The position numbers and the translations under genes were made by a program. A stretch of 49,006 nucleotides of DNA, from contig JBKPCQ010000219.1 in the NCBI GenBank assembly GCA_046727455.1, forward strand, positions 1 through 49,006. Direction: 5' to 3'. Numbering within the stretch: the first letter of the stretch is position 1; each line of letters opens with the position of its first letter. Shown one piece after another: positions 17,409 through 24,983 of this stretch. This DNA is from Actinomycetota bacterium (GTDB taxonomy: Bacteria; Actinomycetota; Actinomycetes; Mycobacteriales; Micromonosporaceae). The notes beneath the pieces were generated by a model, which saw only the letters and a program-made list of their open reading frames with translations, ran no database searches and was not told the DNA's origin.

Positions 17409-18893
17409 ATGACTCGTTATCGCCGCTCGCTGGCGCTCACCGCCGTGGTGGGCGCCGTGCTGCTGGCCGGCTACGCCGGCCCCCGTGCGGGGTTCGCATC
17501 GACCCAGGCCACCACCCGGCCCAACGTGGTGTTCGTGCTGACCGACGACCTGTCGTGGGACCTGGTGCGGTACCTGCCGCAGGTGCGCCAGCTCCAGGCC
17601 GACGGCCGTACCTTCACCGACTACACGGTGACCGACTCGCTGTGCTGCCCGTCCCGCTCGTCCATCTTCACCGGCCGCTTCCCGCACGACACCGGCGTGT
17701 TCACCAACGGCGGCTCGGACGGTGGGTTCGGCTTCTTCCACAGCCACGGGGAGGAGGCGCACACGTTCGCGACCGCGCTGCAGGCGCAGGGGTACCGGAC
17801 CGCGATGATGGGCAAGTACCTCAACGGGTACCTCCCCGCCGCGACCCTCGGCGGCACCCAGCCGTACGTGCCGCCGGGCTGGACCGAGTGGGACGTCGCC
17901 GGCAACGGGTACCCCGAGTTCGACTACAACCTCAACGAGAACCACCGCATCGTGCACTACGGCGCCGCGCCGCAGGACTACCTGACCGACGTGCTGTCCC
18001 GCAAGGGCGTGAAGTTCATCGCCGACTCGGCGGCCAGGCGCCAGCCGTTCCTGCTGGAGATCGCGACGTTCGCCCCGCACGCGCCGTATACGCCCGCGCC
18101 CCGCGACGCCAACTCCTTCCCCGGGCTGACCGCCCCGCGCGGTGCGGCGTTCGACACCCTGCCGACCGACGCGCCGCCGTGGCTGGCCGGCCGGGCGCCG
18201 CTGACGGCCGCCGAGAAGACCGTCATCGACACGAGCTACCGCAAGCGGGCGCAGGCGGTACAGGCGGTGGACCGGATGATCGGCAATCTGCGCGCGACGC
18301 TCAAGGCCGCCGGGGTCGCCGGGAACACGCTCATCGTCTTCAGCTCCGACAACGGGTACCACATGGGCCAGTACCGGCTGAACCCCGGCAAGATGACGGC
18401 GTTCGACACCGACATCCGGGTACCGCTCATCGTCGCCGGGCCCGGTGTCCCGGCCGGCACGACGAGCACGTCCCAGGTGGAGAACATCGACCTGGCCCCG
18501 ACCTACGAGCAACTGGCCGGCGCGCCGGTACCGTCCGATGTGGACGGTCGTAGCCTCGTACCATTGCTGCGCGGCGGGGCCGGCGAGGGCTGGCGCACCG
18601 CCGCGCTCGTCGAGCACCACGGACCCGACACGCTCGCCGGTGACCCCGACCTGCCCGCGCCCAACTCCGGCAACCCGCCGAGCTACGAGGCGATCCGCAC
18701 CGGGGTGTACACGTACGTCGAGTACGTCGACGGCTCGCGCGAGTACTACGACCGGTTGAGTGACCCGCTCGAACTGCACAACCTCGCCGGAACGCTCGGC
18801 GCCGCGCGGCTGGGCCGGCTGCACGCCGCGCTGACCCGGCTGGCGAACTGCCACGGTAGCGCCTGCTGGGGTGCCGGCCACGTGACGGCCTGA
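17409..18893 (+). CDS. Type I sulfatase (formylglycine-dependent), secreted
   Basis: Track ORF 17382..18893. ATG 17409 gives MTRYRRSLALTAVVGAVLLAG, a possible Tat/Sec signal. CCPSRSSIFTGR contains the C-x-P-x-R motif, and VVFVLTDD is the sulfatase N-terminus. Confidence 0.85.
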   Translation: MTRYRRSLALTAVVGAVLLAGYAGPRAGFASTQATTRPNVVFVLTDDLSWDLVRYLPQVRQLQADGRTFTDYTVTDSLCCPSRSSIFTGRFPHDTGVFTNGGSDGGFGFFHSHGEEAHTFATALQAQGYRTAMMGKYLNGYLPAATLGGTQPYVPPGWTEWDVAGNGYPEFDYNLNENHRIVHYGAAPQDYLTDVLSRKGVKFIADSAARRQPFLLEIATFAPHAPYTPAPRDANSFPGLTAPRGAAFDTLPTDAPPWLAGRAPLTAAEKTVIDTSYRKRAQAVQAVDRMIGNLRATLKAAGVAGNTLIVFSSDNGYHMGQYRLNPGKMTAFDTDIRVPLIVAGPGVPAGTTSTSQVENIDLAPTYEQLAGAPVPSDVDGRSLVPLLRGGAGEGWRTAALVEHHGPDTLAGDPDLPAPNSGNPPSYEAIRTGVYTYVEYVDGSREYYDRLSDPLELHNLAGTLGAARLGRLHAALTRLANCHGSACWGAGHVTA

Positions 18894-18899
18894 GCGCCG

Positions 18900-18932
18900 C
18901 GACGGTACCCGGCCGGCGGCCGGGTACCGTCG
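18900..18932. terminator. Perfect 15-bp stem hairpin between sulfatase and decarboxylase (terminator or attenuator)
   Basis: cgacggtacccggcc ggc ggccgggtaccgtcg, checked base by base. It starts 7 nt after the sulfatase stop and ends 17 nt before ATG 18949. Each arm carries a GGTACC site. Confidence 0.55.
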
Positions 18933-18948
18933 ACGCGTGGCCGAGCAC

Positions 18949-20349
18949 ATGACGCCGGAGGAGTTCCGCCGGCACGGGTACGCCCTGGTGGACTGGGTCG
19001 CGCAGTACTGGTCCGGGCTGGCCGGGCAGCGGGTCACCCCGGACGCCCCACCGGGCACCACGGCCGCCGCACTGCCCGGCCGGCCGCCCGAGCACGGTGA
19101 CGGCCTCGCCGGCCTGCTCGCCGACCTCGACCGGATCGTCGTCCCCAACCTGACGCACTGGCAGCACCCGGCGTTCTTCGGCTACTTCCCGGCGAACACG
19201 TCCGGCCCGTCGGTCCTCGCCGATCTGGTCTGCGCCGGGCTCGGCGTGCAGGGCATGATGTGGTCGACCGGCCCGGCCTGTACCGAGGTGGAGACCGTGG
19301 TCCTCGACTGGCTCGCCGACCTGCTCGACCTACCGGCACGGTTCCGGTCGACCGGCCGGGGCGGCGGGGTCATCCAGGACTCGGCGTCCTCCGCGACGCT
19401 GGTCGCCACGCTGGCGGCGCTGCACCGCGCGAGCAAAGGCCGCTGGCGTCAGTCCGGTGTGGACGGCCGGTACACCGTCTACACGTCGACGCAGGGACAT
19501 TCGTCGATCGAGAAGGCCGCCCGGGTCGCCGGGCTCGGCGACGAGGCCGTGCGGGTGATCGACGTCGACGAGGCGTACGCGATGCGCCCCGGCGCGTTGC
19601 GCGCGGCGATCGCCGCGGACGTGGCCGCCGGCAGGGTACCGGCGCTCGTGGTCGCGACCGTCGGCACCACCTCGACCACCGCGGTCGACCCGCTGGACGC
19701 GATCGGCGAGGTCTGCCGGGAGTACGGGGCATGGCTGCACGTCGACGCCGCCTACGCCGGCTCCGCCGCGATCTGCCCCGAGCTGCGCTGGGTCCACAGT
19801 GGACTGGAGTACGCCGACTCGTACTGCTTCGACCCGCACAAGTGGCTGCTGACCGGGTTCGACTGTGACGCGTTCTGGGTCGCCGACCGGGCCGGCCTGG
19901 TCGACGCGCTCAGCGTGCTGCCGGAGTTCCTGCGTAACGCCGCGAGCGAGTCCGGCGCGGTCATCGACTTCCGCGACTGGCACGTACCGCTCGGGCGGCG
20001 CTTCCGCGCGCTCAAGCTGTGGTTCGTGCTGCGCTGGTACGGCGCCGAAGGGCTGCGCGCGCACATCCGGTCCGGCATCGCGCTGGCGGACCGGTTCGCC
20101 GGCTGGGTCGAGGCCGACGAGCGCTTCGAGATCGTGGCGCCGCACCCGTTCTCGCTCGTCTGCTTCCGGCTGCGCGGGCCGGACGCGCCGAACGAGGAAC
20201 TGCTGCGCCGGGTCAACGCGACCGGGCGGGCGTACCTCACGCACACCCGGGTCGGCGGCCGGTACGTGCTGCGCCTGGCGATCGGCTCGCCGTGGACCGG
20301 GGAGCGGCACGTCGCCGACGCGTGGGACCTGATCCGCGCCCAGTCATAA
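18949..20349 (+). CDS. Group II PLP-dependent decarboxylase (aromatic-L-amino-acid decarboxylase-like)
   Basis: Track ORF 18937..20349. ATG 18949 (MTPEEFRRHGY) is typical of this family, and FDPHKWL is the PLP-lysine motif. Confidence 0.85.
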   Translation: MTPEEFRRHGYALVDWVAQYWSGLAGQRVTPDAPPGTTAAALPGRPPEHGDGLAGLLADLDRIVVPNLTHWQHPAFFGYFPANTSGPSVLADLVCAGLGVQGMMWSTGPACTEVETVVLDWLADLLDLPARFRSTGRGGGVIQDSASSATLVATLAALHRASKGRWRQSGVDGRYTVYTSTQGHSSIEKAARVAGLGDEAVRVIDVDEAYAMRPGALRAAIAADVAAGRVPALVVATVGTTSTTAVDPLDAIGEVCREYGAWLHVDAAYAGSAAICPELRWVHSGLEYADSYCFDPHKWLLTGFDCDAFWVADRAGLVDALSVLPEFLRNAASESGAVIDFRDWHVPLGRRFRALKLWFVLRWYGAEGLRAHIRSGIALADRFAGWVEADERFEIVAPHPFSLVCFRLRGPDAPNEELLRRVNATGRAYLTHTRVGGRYVLRLAIGSPWTGERHVADAWDLIRAQS

Positions 20350-21102
20350 CGGCAGGGAGATGTGCAGCATGTCGCCGACGCCGTGGTACCCGACCCGGGC
20401 GTAGGCCCGCTCGGCCACGTCGCCGCCCGGGGTGAGGAACGCGGTCGTCACGCCCGCCCGGTCGGCGAGCCGGCTCAGCTCCCAGGTCACCGCGGCCGCG
20501 ATGCCCCGGCGCCGGTACGCCTCCCGGACCGCCAGGCCGACCAGCTCGGTGGCGCCGCCGCGCACCACGCTGCCGACGCCCGCCCCGACGATCGCGCGCG
20601 TCGCCGTGTCACGCGCGAGGACGGCGAGGGCGCCGTCGCGCACCATCCCGCGCAGCCGCTCGACGGCGGCATCGGTCACCGGTTCGTCCTCGCTGAACGC
20701 TTCCCGCTGCGCCGCGATGAGCCCGGTGTACTCCTCGCCGGTCTCCGGTACGAGCAGTTCGACGCCGGAAGGCGTGGGTTGGGGGAGCGCGTCGGACGGG
20801 CGGCACACCATCATCGGGATCCGCGCCTCGACGGTGAAGCCGGCGGCGAGCAGGGCCGGCTCGACCTCGGGCGCCAGCGCCGGCAGGTACTCCAGGCGGG
20901 GCGTGCGGTCCCGCTCCCGGTATGCCGTCACGAGTTCCCCGACATCGGCGGCGACCGGGGCCGCGCCGTCGTCCGGGATCGCGTAGGACAGGTACGGGCT
21001 GGCCGAGCCCTTCTCGAAGGTGGCGAGAAACGGCCCGATCCGTCGGGTTTCGCGCCCATAGCTAGCTGCTTGGCGCAGATACGCCTGGATGTCGGTGAGC
21101 AT
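20344..21102 (-). CDS. GNAT family N-acetyltransferase
   Basis: This is the 3' part of track ORF 20344..21735, starting at ATG 21102 (MLTDIQAYL). LAVREAYRRRGIAAAV is the acetyl-CoA binding motif A. Confidence 0.75.
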   Translation of the reverse strand: MLTDIQAYLRQAASYGRETRRIGPFLATFEKGSASPYLSYAIPDDGAAPVAADVGELVTAYRERDRTPRLEYLPALAPEVEPALLAAGFTVEARIPMMVCRPSDALPQPTPSGVELLVPETGEEYTGLIAAQREAFSEDEPVTDAAVERLRGMVRDGALAVLARDTATRAIVGAGVGSVVRGGATELVGLAVREAYRRRGIAAAVTWELSRLADRAGVTTAFLTPGGDVAERAYARVGYHGVGDMLHISLPL

Positions 21103-21150
21103 CGCGGGGAGCTTATACGTGGTGGTCGGCGGGGCGCACGCGAGATACAG

Positions 21151-22326
21151 ATGGGGACTGTGACGGTCGTGCGGGGCGAGGCGCGGCGCCGGTGGCTGGT
21201 GGTCGCCACCGTCGGGGTCGCCCTGGCCGCGCTGCCGGCGGTGGTCCAGGCGGTACCCGTCCATGCGCCGGCCGATGACGTGGCCCGGCTCGCCGCGCGG
21301 GTCCGCGCCTCCGCCGCCCAGCCCTACGAGGGGTACGCGGAGAGCCTCGGTACCGCCGGACTGCCCGCCCTGCCCCAGCTCACCGAGGTGTCCGACCTCC
21401 TCAACGGGGACACCCGGCTGCGCGTCTGGTACGCCTCGGCGAACCGGTGGCGGGTCGACGTCATCGACGTGGGCGCCGAACGGGGCACCTACCAGACCCC
21501 GACCGGCCAGGTCGTGTGGGACTACGGCCGGAACCAGCTCACCGAGATCACCGGGAACCCGCCGGTACGCCTGCCGCGGGGCGCCGACCTGACCCCGCCG
21601 GACCTCGCCCGGCGGCTGCTCGCCGCCGCCGGGGACCAGGTCACCCTGTCCGCGCTGCCGCCGCAGCGGGTCGCCGGCATCGACGCCGCCGGCCTGCGGG
21701 CCACCCCGACCAGCCCGCTGACGACCGTGGGCCACATCGACATGTGGGCCGACCCGGTCACCGCGCTACCGCTGCGGGTGGCGGTCACCGGGCGAGCCGC
21801 GCGGGACCCCGTCCTGGTGACCCGGTTCCTGCAGGTCAGCCGGCACGCTCCCGATCCAGCGGTACTGGTACCGCCGGCGGAGCGGTCGACCATGACAGTC
21901 ACCGCCACCGATCCGTCGGACCTCCTCGACACCCTGAACTCCATGGACACCGGCGCGCTACCCGACCGGCTGGCCGGCCAGGACCGGGCGGACCTGGACA
22001 GTTTCGCCGCGCAGCCTGTCGGAGCGGCGACCAGCCAGCGCTCGTCAGCCGGGATCGGCTCCTACGGCGCCGGGCTGGCCCGGTTCCTCGTGCTGCCGGT
22101 ACCCCGGCGGACCGGCTTCACCGCGATGCGCCGGGCCGCCCGGGGCGGCGGTACCTCGCTGACGTTCCCGAACGGCGAGGGGGTCCTGATCAGCACACCG
22201 CTGCTGAGCGTCCTGGCGATGGACTCGCACTCGACTCACCAGACCTACCTCCTCGCCGGTCTCGTCGACCCCGCGCTGCTCAGGCAGGCTGGGGCAGAGC
22301 TGTCTCTGTACCCGGGGTCGCGATGA
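21151..22326 (+). CDS. Secreted or membrane-anchored RseB/LolA-like protein associated with the downstream ABC transporter
   Basis: This is the 3' part of track ORF 20362..22326, starting at ATG 21151. It has an N-terminal anchor RRRWLVVATVGVALAALPAVVQA. Its stop overlaps the ABC ATPase start (ATGA). The family assignment is from memory of similar actinomycete proteins and is tentative. Confidence 0.65.
   Translation: MGTVTVVRGEARRRWLVVATVGVALAALPAVVQAVPVHAPADDVARLAARVRASAAQPYEGYAESLGTAGLPALPQLTEVSDLLNGDTRLRVWYASANRWRVDVIDVGAERGTYQTPTGQVVWDYGRNQLTEITGNPPVRLPRGADLTPPDLARRLLAAAGDQVTLSALPPQRVAGIDAAGLRATPTSPLTTVGHIDMWADPVTALPLRVAVTGRAARDPVLVTRFLQVSRHAPDPAVLVPPAERSTMTVTATDPSDLLDTLNSMDTGALPDRLAGQDRADLDSFAAQPVGAATSQRSSAGIGSYGAGLARFLVLPVPRRTGFTAMRRAARGGGTSLTFPNGEGVLISTPLLSVLAMDSHSTHQTYLLAGLVDPALLRQAGAELSLYPGSR
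22006..22059 (+). repeat. Dispersed repeat family R2, copy 3 (inside the RseB/LolA-like CDS)
   Basis: 22010-22049 is 36/40 identical to 27581-27620. It also shares the GCCG prefix and the CCGGGATCGGC suffix with copy 2. In the CDS frame it reads AAQPVGAATSQRSSAGIG. Confidence 0.8.
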
Positions 22327-23231
22327 TCCGGACGGAGGCGGTGACCAAGCGCTTCGGGTCGATCGTCGCGGTCGACGGGGTCGACCTGGACGTAGGCGAG
22401 GGCGACCGGTACGGGCTGCTCGGGCCGAACGGGTCGGGCAAGACCACGCTCGTCCGGATGCTGCTCGGGCTGGTGTTCGCGACCAGTGGGCGGATCGAGG
22501 TGCTGGGCCGGCCGGTACCGCGCCGGGTCAAGGAGGTACTCCCGCAGGTCGGGGCGCTGGTCGAGGGCCCGGCGGGGTACCCCCACCTGTCGGGACGGGC
22601 CAACCTGAGGCTGTTCGACGCGGCCGGTCCCGACGGACCGCGCCGGACCCGGCGGCGCCGGGTCGAGGAGGCGCTGGAGCGCGTCGGCCTCGGCGGCGTC
22701 GACGCCCGGCCGGTGCGGGCGTACTCCCTCGGCATGCGCCAGCGGCTCGGCCTCGCGGCGACGCTGCTGCGTACCCCCCGCCTGCTGATCCTGGACGAGC
22801 CCACCAACGGCCTGGACCCGCGCGGCATGCGCGAGATCCGCGACCTGCTCGCGGAGCTGAACGCGGCCGGTACCACGGTGTTCCTCTCCAGCCACCTGCT
22901 GTTCGAGGTGGAGCAGCTGTGTACCCGCGTCGGCATCGTCGACCGGGGCCGGCTGGTGCTCCAGGACGAGCTGGCCGCGCTGCGGGCGCCGACCGGGCGG
23001 GTGGTCCTGCGCAGCCCGGACGCGGCCCGCGCCGCCGCACTGCTCGACGGGCGGGTGGAGCGCTACGAGGCGGACCGGCTCGTCGTGCGGCACACCGACT
23101 CGGCCGCGCTCAACGCGCTGCTGGTGGGGGAGGGGCTGCGGATCGCCGAGATCGGCCCGGAGCGGCGCTCGCTGGAACAGATCGTGCTCGACGTGACGAC
23201 GACGAGCGCGGACCGGATCGAGGCTCCATGA
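22323..23231 (+). CDS. ABC transporter ATP-binding protein
   Basis: The start is ATG 22323 (MIRTEAVTKRFG). It has Walker A GPNGSGKTT, signature SLGMRQRLGLA and Walker B LLILDEP. Confidence 0.9.
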   Translation: MIRTEAVTKRFGSIVAVDGVDLDVGEGDRYGLLGPNGSGKTTLVRMLLGLVFATSGRIEVLGRPVPRRVKEVLPQVGALVEGPAGYPHLSGRANLRLFDAAGPDGPRRTRRRRVEEALERVGLGGVDARPVRAYSLGMRQRLGLAATLLRTPRLLILDEPTNGLDPRGMREIRDLLAELNAAGTTVFLSSHLLFEVEQLCTRVGIVDRGRLVLQDELAALRAPTGRVVLRSPDAARAAALLDGRVERYEADRLVVRHTDSAALNALLVGEGLRIAEIGPERRSLEQIVLDVTTTSADRIEAP

Positions 23232-24058
23232 TCAGGATCGAGCTGGTGAAGCTGCTGCGGCGGCCCCGGACGTGGCTCGCGATCGGGCTGCTGTGCGCGC
23301 TGCCGGTACTGGTGGCGGTGTTCCTCTCGGTCAGCCACCTGGCGCCGCCGCCCGGCAAGGGGCCGGCGTTCCTGTCGGCCGTGCTGAACAACGGGTCGCT
23401 GTATCCGGCCGCAGGTATGGCTATGGTGATGCCGGTGTTCCTGCCGATCGCGGTGGCGGTGCTCGCCGGAGACGCGGTGGCCGGCGAGGCGACCGGCGGC
23501 ACCCTGCGGTACCTGCTGGTGCGGCCGGTCGGGCGGACCCGGCTGCTGATCGCGAAGCTGATCTCGCTGACCGTGTTCGTGCTGCTGGCGATCGTCGCTG
23601 TCGTCGGTACCTCGTACCTGGCCGGGAGGCTGTTGCTCGGCACCGCGCCACCTGCGGCCGTCGGCGAGGCGGGCGGGGTGACCTCGCTGTCCGGCGCGCC
23701 GCTCACCCCGGTGCAGTTGGGCCTGCGGGTGCTCGGGACGGTCGGGTTCCTCACCGTGTCGATGCTCGGGGTGGCGGCGATCGCGCTGTTCCTGTCCACG
23801 CTGACCGACTCGTCGCTGGGCGCCGGGTTCGGCGCGCTGGCCATCCTGATCACCAGCGACGTCCTGGTGGGGCTGGACGCGGCGGCGTCGGTACAGCCGT
23901 ACCTGCCCACCCGGTACTGGCTGGCCTGGGTCGATTTCTTCCGCGATCCGGTGTTCTGGCGCAACATCGAGCGGGGTCTGGCCCTGCAGGCGGTCTACGT
24001 CGGAGTCCTGCTGCTGGCCGCCTGGGCGAATTTCATGACGCGCGACGTGACGAGCTGA
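23228..24058 (+). CDS. ABC-2 type transporter permease
   Basis: ATG 23228 overlaps the ATPase stop (ATGA). The product is 276 aa with about six hydrophobic segments. Confidence 0.85.
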   Translation: MIRIELVKLLRRPRTWLAIGLLCALPVLVAVFLSVSHLAPPPGKGPAFLSAVLNNGSLYPAAGMAMVMPVFLPIAVAVLAGDAVAGEATGGTLRYLLVRPVGRTRLLIAKLISLTVFVLLAIVAVVGTSYLAGRLLLGTAPPAAVGEAGGVTSLSGAPLTPVQLGLRVLGTVGFLTVSMLGVAAIALFLSTLTDSSLGAGFGALAILITSDVLVGLDAAASVQPYLPTRYWLAWVDFFRDPVFWRNIERGLALQAVYVGVLLLAAWANFMTRDVTS

Positions 24059-24082
24059 GCGCGGTGGGGAGATCGTCGTTTC

Positions 24083-24119
24083 CCGGCGGATCCCGCAGCG
24101 GAACTTCGGGATCTGCCGG
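24083..24119. terminator. 13-bp stem hairpin between the convergent permease and hydrolase genes
   Basis: ccggcggatcccg (24083-24095) pairs with cgggatctgccgg (24107-24119), with one G-T wobble and an 11-nt loop. Confidence 0.45.
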
Positions 24120-24177
24120 CAACTCGTGATCTCGGGTCGATTCCACGTCGCGGGACGGTGCCTGATGTCGTTTGGCG

Positions 24178-24978
24178 TCAGGCGGCGCCGGCCGCGCGGA
24201 GGGTGGCGCAGTCGGCGGGGCCGGGCGCGACCGGCGGGGCGGCGGCGATGCCGCGCAGGACCAGGCCGGTGACCAGCGGATCGGTGGGTAGCTGGCCGTG
24301 CGCGACGTGCGCGTCGGGGCACACGCTCTGGACGGTTACGTTGACGGCGCCGGCCAGCCGGGCCGAATCCGGCGGCTGTACCGTCTGGTCGTCGGTGGTC
24401 CAGACGGACAGCCACGGCAGCCGGGCGGGCGGCGGCGTGCGGTCCAGCTCGCGGAGCAGGCTGCTGCCGGGCGCGAGCTGCTGGCACGCGGGCGGGCAGG
24501 CGTCCGGTACCAGCGCGGCGCCGGTCGCGGCGAGCCGCGCCCCGTGCAGTGGCGAGCCGAGCGTGACGATCCGGCGTGCGGCGTGCTCGCCCCCGTACCG
24601 GACGAGCCACAGCCACGCCACGACCCCGCCGGCGGAGTAGCCGACCACGTCGACGGACGGCGCGCCCCGGGCCAGCTCCGCGCGCACGGCGCCGTCGAGG
24701 GTCGCGGCCTGCACGGCCAGGTCGCCGGTACCGTCGCCGGGCAGCGTGAGGACCGTCGCCGGGCGGCCGGTCGCGCGGATCCGGCCGGCGAGTACCGACA
24801 GCGTCGCCTGGCTGCCGCCGTATCCCGGCACGAGCAGCACCGGCCCCGGCCGGGACTGGTCCGGGTACCCCACCGACCGCCGGTCCCGCCCCGCGAGCGC
24901 CCACACCGTCACGACGGCCGCGACGGCCACGACGAGCAGCAGCACGCCCAGGACGAACCATCGGCGGCGGGCGGCCAT
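24178..24978 (-). CDS. Membrane-anchored alpha/beta-hydrolase (lipase/esterase-like)
   Basis: The start is ATG 24978 (MAARRRWFVLGVLLLVVAVAAVV anchor). VVGYSAGG is a GxSxG nucleophile elbow, and PGYGGS lies near the N-terminus. It starts 5 nt after the stop of the upstream STAND gene. Confidence 0.8.
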   Translation of the reverse strand: MAARRRWFVLGVLLLVVAVAAVVTVWALAGRDRRSVGYPDQSRPGPVLLVPGYGGSQATLSVLAGRIRATGRPATVLTLPGDGTGDLAVQAATLDGAVRAELARGAPSVDVVGYSAGGVVAWLWLVRYGGEHAARRIVTLGSPLHGARLAATGAALVPDACPPACQQLAPGSSLLRELDRTPPPARLPWLSVWTTDDQTVQPPDSARLAGAVNVTVQSVCPDAHVAHGQLPTDPLVTGLVLRGIAAAPPVAPGPADCATLRAAGAA

Positions 24979-24983
24979 CACGC

